From: Gammaproteobacteria bacterium
GTDB taxonomy: Bacteria > Pseudomonadota > Gammaproteobacteria > Ga0077536
Length of the DNA: 64,000 bases
Reading direction: 5' to 3'
Assembly (NCBI GenBank): GCA_963662545.2
Contig: CAXXLL010000002.1
Span: 1,408,001 to 1,472,000 of the forward strand
Shown here: positions 19,634 to 28,779 of the stretch, one piece after another
Position numbering within the stretch: position 1 is the first letter of the stretch
Layout of the letters: each line of letters begins with the position of its first letter
The notes under the pieces: generated by a model
Seen by the model: the letters and a program-made list of their open reading frames with translations, nothing else
Database searches by the model: none
What the model was told of the DNA's origin: nothing
Program-made: the position numbers and the translations under genes

Positions 19634-21199
19634 TTAGAGCGCCTCGCAACGGTTGCGCCCGTTGTTTTTAGCCGCATAGAGTCCGGCATCGGCGCGTTCG
19701 AACGCGGCATCGGTGCTCTCGCCCGTGCCAAATTCGGCGATCCCACAGGAGATCGTAACCTTTACCGGTTCGTCCCTGTACTTGAAGCGGCAGGACTCGA
19801 TATGCGAGCGTAGCGCGTCAGCCAGACGGACCGCGCTGTTTCGATCGGTGTCTGGCAGGATCAGGACGAACTCCTCGCCGCCGAAACGGCCGAAGAAGTC
19901 CTGTTTTCGAATCTGGCTATTGAGTTCGCGGGACAGATGTTTGAGCACGCGATCACCGGCCTGATGTCCGTAGGTATCGTTGATCAATTTGAACTTGTCA
20001 ATATCCACTACCACGACGGAGAGGCTTCCACCGCTTCGTTGAAAGCGCGCGTATTCGGCGCGCAAGCGTTCGTTATAGGCCAGCCGGTTGGGTAATTCAG
20101 TGAGGGGATCCCGCACTGCGCGCTTGCGTGCATTTTCGAGTTTGCCGCGCAAGACTTCGGATTCGTCTGCGAGTTCCTTAATCGCCGCAGTCAGCGTCCG
20201 CGTTCGGTTTTCCGCCTTTGCCACGCGCTTGGATTCGACCTCGATGAACGCCGTCACGTTGCCGTCGATGGCGGCGAGTTGCTGCTGGATGTCCTGTTTG
20301 AGCTGATCCATATCGGCAGCCTCATCGATGTGTATTCGAAGATCATCGAGACTGCCGCGAACCGATGTATCCAATTCGGCGCGAGCCGCGGCCGCCTCTA
20401 CGCGCTCGCTATCCTCCGTTGCAACGTGTTCGAAAACCATGCCCAGTTGTGCTTTGATCTCGACCAGAAAGTCGTTGAGCCCCGATATTTCTCCCTGCAG
20501 TGAATTGACGTATTTGACGAGAAAATCGGCGAGCTCCTTTGCAAACGTACGAATCGAGCCCAGGTCGTTGGCTGACTGCAATTTTCTTGTAAATTTTGCA
20601 AGTCCCGCGTGCGCGGATTCAGGCAAGGATAGGTGATCGATCAGTGCCTGTACGGAATCGCGCGCTTCCTGCACGTTTTGCATGCCGTTCGCGTCGAAAA
20701 TCTGGGACAAACCGGCCGCGACCGATGCCACGATCTCGGCGTTGTCGATCTGATCACCGGCATCACCCAAGCGATCGCGGATATTCTGCAACAGTTTGCG
20801 CGAATCTTCGGGAACGTCGATCGCGTCGGCAAGTTGCTGCATGCGACTGACGAACGGCGGTTCCTTGGCAACCTCGGGTACAGGATCAGGAGCCGGCATT
20901 TTTGTAGCCGATGGACCGGCAGCCGAAAGTTCTGTGGCAAGGCGTTCGCCGGCATCAACCAGTGCCCGCAGACGCTTTTGTTCAGTGGCATCGTGAATAT
21001 CGCGGAAATTCGAAACGGCGTCGAATTCGCGATCGAATACCGCGTCATGCCCGCGTAGAGGGGAGAGCAGGGCGAGCATATCCCGGCTCAGTCGGGCGAT
21101 TTGCTCGGACTGTTTGCGTTCCTTCTCGTCGATCTCGTTGAGGGACTTGAAATATTTGTCTTTCCAATCCTCGAGCCGGTCTTTCTCGGAGGTCGCCAT
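19634..21199 (-). CDS. Diguanylate cyclase (GGDEF) with long helical N-terminus
   Basis: DPLTELPNR, DIDKFKLINDTYGHQAGD, RKQD I-site five residues before GGEEF, ADAGLYAAK..GRN. Confidence 0.93.
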   Translation of the reverse strand: MATSEKDRLEDWKDKYFKSLNEIDEKERKQSEQIARLSRDMLALLSPLRGHDAVFDREFDAVSNFRDIHDATEQKRLRALVDAGERLATELSAAGPSATKMPAPDPVPEVAKEPPFVSRMQQLADAIDVPEDSRKLLQNIRDRLGDAGDQIDNAEIVASVAAGLSQIFDANGMQNVQEARDSVQALIDHLSLPESAHAGLAKFTRKLQSANDLGSIRTFAKELADFLVKYVNSLQGEISGLNDFLVEIKAQLGMVFEHVATEDSERVEAAAARAELDTSVRGSLDDLRIHIDEAADMDQLKQDIQQQLAAIDGNVTAFIEVESKRVAKAENRTRTLTAAIKELADESEVLRGKLENARKRAVRDPLTELPNRLAYNERLRAEYARFQRSGGSLSVVVVDIDKFKLINDTYGHQAGDRVLKHLSRELNSQIRKQDFFGRFGGEEFVLILPDTDRNSAVRLADALRSHIESCRFKYRDEPVKVTISCGIAEFGTGESTDAAFERADAGLYAAKNNGRNRCEAL

Positions 21200-21418
21200 A
21201 TGTCGGCCTTTATCGACGCAAGTGTGCCCATTCTTTAGCACCGGACTTATGTCTTCCGGGACCTTCATACCGCGTTGCAACACCTATCCTGCCCATCTCA
21301 CCCGCCTGCTGCCGCAGCTTTGAACCCCTTCGAAAGGATCCCCAATGAGATCGCCTGGCTGGGGGTGCTCGCCTATTACGGATAAACTTCGCTTGTTTGA
21401 AGCCCGTGTGGTTCGACT

Positions 21419-21474
21419 TTAAGTCATCAGGAGTTTTGCAGCGACTCCTGGTTACTGGGCAGAAACCCATTGCC
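21419..21474 (-). ncRNA. Candidate fluoride (crcB-motif) riboswitch variant
   Basis: Minus strand reads GGCAAUGGGUUUCUGCC-CAGUAACC-AGGAGU...ACUCC-UGAUGACUUA. P1, AUGG, AAC, the P2 stem and UGAUGAC occur in consensus order, but the pseudoknot pairing is weak. Confidence 0.4.
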
Positions 21475-21565
21475 GCGTTAGGATCGCTAACAGCACCCAA
21501 TATGAACGATCCCGCAGCTCTCAAAATAATGGGTTAAAAAAAGAGGTCACGAGGATCCCGGGAAT

Positions 21566-22453
21566 ATGCGGATCGCCACATATAGGACTCAGACACGCAT
21601 CGAAGTCGGTGTGTTGTCCCAGGACGGTTCTGCCATTACGCCGTTCGACATCCCGCCCGAACGCGCAGCGGGCGGATTGCTGGCCCTGCTCGGGGTCGAT
21701 CAAACCCTGCTGCCCTTGCGTGACGTTGACCACCCTCTAAATTCCAGCGAAGTCGAATTACTCGCGCCCATCCCGCGCCCGCGGCGCAATATCCTGTGCG
21801 TCGGAAAGAACTACTACGCACATGTTCAGGAAATCGCCAACGCGGGTTTCGATAGCACCGGCGGCGGCGCGGAGGCACCCAAAGTACCGATTATATTTTC
21901 CAAACTGCCCGAATGCGTCATCGCCACCGGTGCCTCGATTCAGCACGATTTACGGGTGACGAAGGAGCTCGATTACGAGGCTGAACTGGCCGTCATTATC
22001 GGCCGCAAGGGTCGCTCGATTCCGCAGGTCGACGCAATGGATTACGTTTGGGGATATACGATCATCAACGACGTCACTGCGCGCGACCTGCAAAAAAACC
22101 ACAAGCAGTGGCTGCTCGGGAAATCGCAGGATACGTTTTGCCCCATGGGCCCGTTCGCAATTACGCGGGACCTGCTGGATCTCAGTGACACGTCGATCCG
22201 CTGCTGGATCAACGGAGAGTTGCGCCAGGACGGTAATACCGGGCGGCTGATGTTCGGTATTCCGGCACTGATCGAGTCGATCTCGGCCGGGGTAACGCTC
22301 TACCCGGGTGACGTCATTGCGACCGGAACACCCGCGGGGGTCGGTGCCGGCTTTGATCCTCCGCGTTTTCTACAGGCCGGCGATCAAGTGCGTATCGAAA
22401 TACCGCCGATCGGCGTTCTTGAAAACCCGGTTCGACGCTGGGACGGTCGGTAA
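21566..22453 (+). CDS. Fumarylacetoacetate hydrolase family protein
   Basis: CVGKNY..H, LDYEAELAVIIG, INDVTARD, GKSQDTFCPMGP, PGDVIATGTPAGVG. Confidence 0.93.
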   Translation: MRIATYRTQTRIEVGVLSQDGSAITPFDIPPERAAGGLLALLGVDQTLLPLRDVDHPLNSSEVELLAPIPRPRRNILCVGKNYYAHVQEIANAGFDSTGGGAEAPKVPIIFSKLPECVIATGASIQHDLRVTKELDYEAELAVIIGRKGRSIPQVDAMDYVWGYTIINDVTARDLQKNHKQWLLGKSQDTFCPMGPFAITRDLLDLSDTSIRCWINGELRQDGNTGRLMFGIPALIESISAGVTLYPGDVIATGTPAGVGAGFDPPRFLQAGDQVRIEIPPIGVLENPVRRWDGR

Positions 22454-22502
22454 TCGCATTTATCGCGAATTTATCACCACTGTCCGTCGCGCAGAATTGA
22501 TC

Positions 22503-22669
22503 TAACAGGTTGGTGAAAAATGCCTTCCTGACATTTTTCACCTCGCTACAACGAAAACGCAGTTTCCGTTGCGCTCCATCCATCGGGCACTTACGTGCTC
22601 GATGGATGCTGGTACGTCCCTGTACCGGACACAGGCTGACAAAAAACGGAGTTTTTCACCAGCCTACTA
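22503..22669. mobile_element. MITE-like structured repeat, family A, copy 2 (167 bp)
   Basis: Colinear with 7721-7887, same length, TIRs TAACAGGTTGGTGAAAAA / TTTTTCACCAGCCTACTA; lies between convergent genes. Confidence 0.85.
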
Positions 22670-22673
22670 ACGC

Positions 22674-24818
22674 TCAGGTGGTCAGTCGGCGGTAGATGTC
22701 CGCGACTTTCTTGGGTAGCTTGTGAATTTCATCGATCACCGCGTAGTTCGCGGAGCCATACATATGCGGCAGGTATTCCTGCGCTTCATTGTCGATCGTA
22801 ATACAAAACGCATGGATCCCGCCCTGTTTCATCTCCAGTAATGCGTGGCGCGTGTCCTCGATACCGTATTTCCCCTTGTAACCGCCGTAGTCCTCCGGCC
22901 GCCCGTCGGACAGGGTAATCAACAGCTTGGTGCGGGCGTGAGTCAGGTGCAGCAGGTGTCCCAAATGGCGGATCGCTACGCCCATCCGCGTATAGGCCTT
23001 GGGGCGGATGCCGCTGATTCGCTGCTTGACATCCAGGTTATAGGCTTGCTCGAAGTCCTTGATCCGGTAGACCTCGCAGCGCTTGTTGGTGCGCCCCGAG
23101 AATCCGAAAATCGCATAGCGGTCGCCGAGCATTTCGAGCGCTTCGCACAACAGGACCAAGGCTTCGCGTTCAGCGTCGTTAACCCAGCCGAGGGTCGAAC
23201 CGCTCATATCGACCATGAACATGACCGCGATACTACGCTCCTGATTACGGTAGCGCGTGTAAAGGTACTCGCTCATCTCGCGACCGTTGGCGACATCCGC
23301 GTAGGCCTCGACGATGGCATCGAGATCGATGTCGTCACCGTCAGACTGACGCCGCTGCAGCCGCGATTCGCCGAGCACCGCCTCGAAGGTTTTTTTGATC
23401 GACTTGAGGAGCCCGCGGTGCTTGTGCAAGGTTTCATCAACGAAGGATTCGTCACCAGGGGCGACAGCTAATTCGCGCAGGGTACAAAAATCCTCTCTGA
23501 AGCGTTGACGCACGCAGTCCCACTCACGGTACTTGAAGGATCCTCTCGCCTCGGGGTCCAAGGCGTTGTCGGAATCGGCATCACCTGTCTGCGGCTGTAG
23601 ATCGTTGCGGTATTCGCCGAGGTCCATGGGCTTCATGTGGTCGTTCGGTATTTCAGCGAAGTCCTGGAGGATCGAGCCCACCAAATCCCTTAGGTGGTCG
23701 GATACGTCGACGCCCTCACCATCCATCGTCACCTGGAAATCCAATTCGGAGTTCGGCCCGCCGTCCTCCTCCGATAACAGAATATCGATCAGGTTCTTCT
23801 GTGACTCGTCGGGTGAATCGCCGCTTTGTGGCGCCTCCTCGCTGTCACGCATTTCGCGGAGCAGGCGTTGAAACTCCTTTTTTTCGCGCTCGATGCGGGC
23901 AAACATCGCCTCGCGAACCTTTGCAGCGAACATCTCACCCTGGTAGTGCTTGAGCGTTGGCAGGGGCAGATCTCTGAATTCGTCGATCATTCGAAGCGAA
24001 TCCTCGGCGGTCGCGCCGGGACGCAGCAGTTCGGCCGCGCGTTCGATCCAGGCTTGCCATTGCGCCGCCGTATCGGGGTCTTGCCGCCCAAGGGCTTCGA
24101 ATTCGCGTCCCAAGCCAGGGAAATCGCGCGCCAGACAGGCGTCGAGCCGCAGGCATTCAAGGCGATTGAAGATTGAGATTACCGCGTCGATCTCGAAATG
24201 GCGAATCAGTTTTTCCACCACGTGATAGCGCCAGGTTCCGTACCAGGTCTGTGCCCATAGATGCACGGCAGTCAGTTTGTATACCTTGAAGTTCTGCTCC
24301 GCGTCGGGAAAGATTCCTAGCATGTCCGGAAGAAACAGTGACTCGGTGTCGGTGAACGTCGAGCGATCGCTCGCGATCCTCAATTCACGCCCACCCAGGC
24401 CGCGTACAAAATACCGGAGAAACGTGCTGGCATCGTCGAACTCGCAGCGCATGTGTCGCGATGAGTAATCGACGGCGAATGCTTCGACGTCTTCGAGGGC
24501 CTCAAGCGCGAAACCGAGTCCCCGGTTGTCGAAAACAGTCATCGCCTGGTCGACCCAGTCCAGCACCCCATCACCGTCCATTGCCTCAAAGGCCGAGGGT
24601 ACCTTGGTGACGAAATGTGCGGCGAGTTCGTTATTTGAGCGCGCGATGAGCCGCGACCATTCGTAAATGAATTCCTGGTCACCGGGATCGAGTGCCGCGA
24701 TTCGTACGATCAAATCATCCACCCGGCCGTGTCGCTCGAGTGCTCCGCCCGTGAACTTTTCGAGATCCTTGCGGATCCGGATGCGGTTCAAGACGTTTTG
24801 CCGCGATTCGTCGCTCAC
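22674..24818 (-). CDS. CbbO/NorD-like VWA-domain adaptor
   Basis: YREWD, GDDIDLDA, MIDAS DMSGS, YTRMGVAIRH, LSDGRPED, YGIEDTR; downstream of a CbbQ/NorQ ATPase. Confidence 0.88.
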   Translation of the reverse strand: MSDESRQNVLNRIRIRKDLEKFTGGALERHGRVDDLIVRIAALDPGDQEFIYEWSRLIARSNNELAAHFVTKVPSAFEAMDGDGVLDWVDQAMTVFDNRGLGFALEALEDVEAFAVDYSSRHMRCEFDDASTFLRYFVRGLGGRELRIASDRSTFTDTESLFLPDMLGIFPDAEQNFKVYKLTAVHLWAQTWYGTWRYHVVEKLIRHFEIDAVISIFNRLECLRLDACLARDFPGLGREFEALGRQDPDTAAQWQAWIERAAELLRPGATAEDSLRMIDEFRDLPLPTLKHYQGEMFAAKVREAMFARIEREKKEFQRLLREMRDSEEAPQSGDSPDESQKNLIDILLSEEDGGPNSELDFQVTMDGEGVDVSDHLRDLVGSILQDFAEIPNDHMKPMDLGEYRNDLQPQTGDADSDNALDPEARGSFKYREWDCVRQRFREDFCTLRELAVAPGDESFVDETLHKHRGLLKSIKKTFEAVLGESRLQRRQSDGDDIDLDAIVEAYADVANGREMSEYLYTRYRNQERSIAVMFMVDMSGSTLGWVNDAEREALVLLCEALEMLGDRYAIFGFSGRTNKRCEVYRIKDFEQAYNLDVKQRISGIRPKAYTRMGVAIRHLGHLLHLTHARTKLLITLSDGRPEDYGGYKGKYGIEDTRHALLEMKQGGIHAFCITIDNEAQEYLPHMYGSANYAVIDEIHKLPKKVADIYRRLTT

Positions 24819-24971
24819 GTCAACGGCCGCGAAATGATTCGCTTAGGTAGAGTTGCATTTAGGGAGCCGCCTTGTTTCACACGGTATTTGCCAATAATTA
24901 TCTGCGCGTACTAGCGGCTCGCTAAAGTCGATCTATTCCGTCTATCCTGGCAAAAACTTCGGCCCCGTTTT

Positions 24972-25790
24972 TTAGAATACCGAGCGGCTCAATTCGTGTA
25001 TTGCGCGCAGCATGTCTTCGTCGTCGGTCAATGCCTGAGTGACAGCGGTGTCGGTTGCGACCACGGGACTGATATCTTCGGCCATCAGCTTGGCGGCATT
25101 GACGAGAAGCCGTGTGCTGGCACCTTCATCCAGGCCGCTGCCTTTTAGATTACGTGTCATGGCTCCGAATTTGACCAGCTGGCGGGCAGTGGCTTCATCG
25201 ATGCCACTCTCTTTTTCAATGATCGTCTGCTCAATTTCCATGTTCGGATAATTGAATTCAAGTGCGACGAACCTTTGCCGGGTACTTTGCTTCAAGTCCT
25301 TCAACACACTTTGATATCCGGGGTTGTAGGAGATCGTGAGACAGAATTCAGGCGGCGCTGAAATCAGCTCACCGAGTTTCTCAATCGGCAGCAGGCGCCG
25401 GTCGTCGCACAGGGGATGAATGACCACCGATGTATCCTTGCGGGCTTCGACGATCTCGTCGAGATAACAGATGCTGCCGTTGCGTACCGCGCTCGTGAGC
25501 GGACCGTCGACCCATACCGTCTCTCCACCCTTGATGAGATAGCGGCCGATCAGATCTGAGGCAGTCAGGTCGTCGTGACACGCGACCGTGACCATCGGGC
25601 GTTTCAAATACCACGCCATGTATTCGATGAACCGGGTCTTGCCGCAGCCGGTCGGTCCCTTTAGCAACAGCGGGAGCTGATTCCGGTACGCGGCGGCGAA
25701 GACCTGGATTTCGTCGCCGATCGCCTCGTAATAAGGTTCCGAGGTCATCAGCGTCGGTTTCGTTTGTATTGCGGTGGTGGACATTTGCAT
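24972..25790 (-). CDS. CbbQ/NirQ/NorQ family MoxR AAA+ ATPase
   Basis: [65 protein letters not shown]. Confidence 0.93.
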   Translation of the reverse strand: MQMSTTAIQTKPTLMTSEPYYEAIGDEIQVFAAAYRNQLPLLLKGPTGCGKTRFIEYMAWYLKRPMVTVACHDDLTASDLIGRYLIKGGETVWVDGPLTSAVRNGSICYLDEIVEARKDTSVVIHPLCDDRRLLPIEKLGELISAPPEFCLTISYNPGYQSVLKDLKQSTRQRFVALEFNYPNMEIEQTIIEKESGIDEATARQLVKFGAMTRNLKGSGLDEGASTRLLVNAAKLMAEDISPVVATDTAVTQALTDDEDMLRAIHELSRSVF

Positions 25791-25956
25791 CGACGTAGTA
25801 GGGGCTAGGGCCGGTATGGCGAAAAACCGGGTATTGCACGAGCCTGCCGATGATCAGGATGGAGGGCATCGTGTCGCCAAGCGCGACACTATACTGAAGT
25901 GAGCTTGGCCCAACTAGCCCGTATTAATCTGCCATAACACCCAAAGACATCTGTCG

Positions 25957-26342
25957 ATGCTCGAAAAACTTAATCCCGCCGCCATCATGGCGCCGTTCAA
26001 GAATACTTATCACCATGCCGTGGTCATTCCTGCGAACGCGCGAATCGTGTACGTATCAGGGCAGGTGGGCTTGCGTGCCGACGGAAGCTTACCCGATACC
26101 CTGGAAGCGCAGGCCGACCAAGCCTGGCAGAACCTAATGGCCTGTCTAGGCGAAGCCGGGATGGGACCGGAAAACATCGTAAAAATAAACGCTTACCTCA
26201 TCGATGCCGACGATTATTCGGCCTTTGCCGCCGCTCGCGCGAAACATATCGGCGACCCGCGTCCACAGCCGTGCTCATCAAGCAGTTACTATTGCCCGAG
26301 TGGCATTTCGAGATCGAAGCGGTCGCCGCAGCGCCGCAATGA
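25957..26342 (+). pseudogene. RidA/YjgF family protein, frameshifted near 26258
   Basis: VYVSGQVG, QAWQNL and IVKINAYL in one frame; the expected tail PASTAVLIKQLLLPEWHFEIEAVAAAPQ* continues in another. Confidence 0.8.
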
Positions 26343-26478
26343 CTGCTATTACATTGATCTGGTTGAGCTTCCGAAGTAGACGCTCAGTCGGCCGGCGTAG
26401 TACTCTTGCTTACCATCCGGCCACGACGGTCACCCGGGGCGGGACCCACGGCCTCTGGACGATCAGGAGTAAAGAATT

Positions 26479-27705
26479 ATGGAAGTAGGCGCGTTTTATC
26501 TTCCGTCGCTCGGGCGCAAAAAAGACATGGAACAGGGTATGGCCGGCAAACGTACCGACCTGTACCAGATGATGCTGCGCGAGCTGACCGAGCAGATCCA
26601 GTACATGGACGAACACGGGTATTACGGAACCGCTTTTACCGAGCACCACTTCCACATCGAAGGCGAAGAAGTCTCGACCAACCCCGTCATGCTGGACCTC
26701 TATTTCGGCATGCAGACTAAGAACATGAAGTTCGGTCAACTGGGCAATGTCCTGCCGTCGAAGAATCCCATCAATGTGGCCGAAGATATCGCCATGGCCT
26801 CGCAGATGCTGCAGGGCCGGATCTTTGCCGGATTTGCACGCGGATACCAGCCGCGCTGGGTCAACGTGCTCGGTCAGCAGATCGGGCTCGCCAACCCGGC
26901 ATCCGGTGAAGATTACGAAGAACTCAAACGATCGCTCTTCGAGGAGCATTTCGACATCATCATCGAAGCGTGGAAGAACGATACTTTCAGCTTTAAGGGC
27001 AAGCACTGGCAGATTCCGACGCCTGACATCAAATGGGCCGCCGAGGCCGTCGCGCGCGAGTTCGGACAGGGATGCGACGAGGATGGCTATATCCAGGAAA
27101 TCGGCATCGCGCCGCCGACTTACAACAAGGAACTCCCCGACATGTTCATGCCGTTCGCGACTTCGGAGCGCTCGATCAAGTGGGGTATGTCGCGCGGTAT
27201 CGTACCGGTGACGATCATGACGCATTACGATGTGGTGAGAGAGCATTTTCGCGCGGGTTTGGAAGCGGCCAACGAAGCCGGCCTCGATTACAAGTTCGGG
27301 CAGGGCATGGCGCTGAGCCGCGAGGTCATCGTTGCCGATACCGACGAAGAGGCCGAGGCCATCGCGCGCGATGCCGGGCCGTTCGTCTGGCTGAAGTTTT
27401 TCGTGCCCTTCGGTTTCAACGCGGCGCTCGCAGCACCGGGCGAAGGTCCCTTCGACGTACCAGCCACGTTCGAAGCCATGGTTGAGCGCGGATTGTTGAT
27501 TCACGGAAGCCCGGATACAGTCAACCGGAAGATTGAGGATCTGCTAAAGCATCTCCCCGTCGACTATTTTTGGATGTTCATCTACAACCATATGCCGCAC
27601 GACGCGTGCATGCGCAGTCTCGAACTTATAACCGAGAAGGTGTGGCCCAACTTCACCGATAAGATCAAGGCATCGAACACGCAGCGCGTCGCCGCCACCG
27701 CCTGA
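26479..27705 (+). CDS. Luciferase-like (LLM class) flavin-dependent oxidoreductase
   Basis: FTEHHF, NPINVAEDIAM..QM..GR..AGFARGYQ, GSPDTV, RSLELITEKVWP; RBS AGGAG. Confidence 0.9.
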   Translation: MEVGAFYLPSLGRKKDMEQGMAGKRTDLYQMMLRELTEQIQYMDEHGYYGTAFTEHHFHIEGEEVSTNPVMLDLYFGMQTKNMKFGQLGNVLPSKNPINVAEDIAMASQMLQGRIFAGFARGYQPRWVNVLGQQIGLANPASGEDYEELKRSLFEEHFDIIIEAWKNDTFSFKGKHWQIPTPDIKWAAEAVAREFGQGCDEDGYIQEIGIAPPTYNKELPDMFMPFATSERSIKWGMSRGIVPVTIMTHYDVVREHFRAGLEAANEAGLDYKFGQGMALSREVIVADTDEEAEAIARDAGPFVWLKFFVPFGFNAALAAPGEGPFDVPATFEAMVERGLLIHGSPDTVNRKIEDLLKHLPVDYFWMFIYNHMPHDACMRSLELITEKVWPNFTDKIKASNTQRVAATA

Positions 27706-27728
27706 TACCGATCGCGAAGAGCGCTTTT

Positions 27729-27765
27729 AACCCGGCGACGGCTTGCAGGCCGACACCGGGTTTTC
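27729..27765 (+). terminator. Probable intrinsic terminator
   Basis: AACCCGG...CCGGGTT stem followed by Ts, just after the LLM gene. Confidence 0.5.
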
Positions 27766-27828
27766 ATTTACTGAAGCCTGCGAGCGGCCTGGGTTTCAGC
27801 CCATACGGTCTCCACCGCTTGAATTCGG

Positions 27829-28770
27829 GTGCTTGAGGTGAATGCGGTCGCTCCCGTCGTCATTCCCGTGTTCGGAACGGCCGTGCTGGGATACGCTCTG
27901 GCCCGCGGCGGCCTGTTCAGTGCCGAGGTCGGCACTGCCCTCGTTCGTTTCATGTACTACCTCGCCATCCCGGCGATGTTGTTTAGAATCCTCGCGAGCG
28001 CGGAGTTACCCGCGGAGATTCCATGGCGCTACCTGCTTGCCTTCTATCTGCCTGCTTTCGCGACGTTCTGGCTCGCGATGCGGCTGGTAAGCACGTGGTT
28101 CTCTTGGCAGCGGCGCGAAGAGGGCATCGCCGGCATGTCCGCCAGTTACTCCAATATGGTGATGCTGGGTTACCCCTTGACGCTCGCCGCCTTCGGCACG
28201 GATGCCGCGGTCCCGATGTTTATTCTGCTGGCGACGCAGAGCACATTTATGTTCCCGATCGTGACCTATACAACCGAAATCGGCGGCGACCTGCACGTCG
28301 CGGGCGTTGCGGCACGACTGCGGGCCTTGACGAAACCCATGCTCAATCCCGTTATCCTGAGCCTCGCACTCGGTGTGGCGGCGAACCTGATGGGGTTGCC
28401 ACTGCATCCGTCCGCGGATCGAATTCTGGAACTGGTGGGCTCGGCGGGCCCGGGCTGTGCACTCGTTGCGCTCGGCATCAGCCTCGCTCAATACGAACTG
28501 GGCGGAGCTTACCGAACGGTCGTTGTGCTGGTCGGCCTCAAGAATTTCGTCTTTCCGGCGGCCGTCTGGACGACCTGCCACTTACTCGCGATCGAGGGCG
28601 TTTGGCTCCACGTGGCGGTCTTGTTGGCGGTGATGCCGACCGGGGTCAATGCGTTCATTTTCTCGAGTCGGTACGGTATTCGCCGGCGCGATGTGTCGAA
28701 TACCATCGTCGTGTCGACGGTCGTATCCAGTATTGTCGCGACGGGTTTGCTCGGCATGTTCATGCAATAA
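27829..28770 (+). CDS. AEC (auxin efflux carrier) family transporter
   Basis: About 10 TM helices; LAIPAMLF, SNMVMLGYP, NPVILS, MPTGVNAFIF. Confidence 0.88.
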   Translation: MLEVNAVAPVVIPVFGTAVLGYALARGGLFSAEVGTALVRFMYYLAIPAMLFRILASAELPAEIPWRYLLAFYLPAFATFWLAMRLVSTWFSWQRREEGIAGMSASYSNMVMLGYPLTLAAFGTDAAVPMFILLATQSTFMFPIVTYTTEIGGDLHVAGVAARLRALTKPMLNPVILSLALGVAANLMGLPLHPSADRILELVGSAGPGCALVALGISLAQYELGGAYRTVVVLVGLKNFVFPAAVWTTCHLLAIEGVWLHVAVLLAVMPTGVNAFIFSSRYGIRRRDVSNTIVVSTVVSSIVATGLLGMFMQ

Positions 28771-28779
28771 ACATCGGGG

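Noticed and set aside
21405-21455. CUGAUGA...GAA as a hammerhead ribozyme core
   Set aside because: Lacks the GAAA and a properly placed stem II and cleavage triplet; the fluoride-motif reading fits better.
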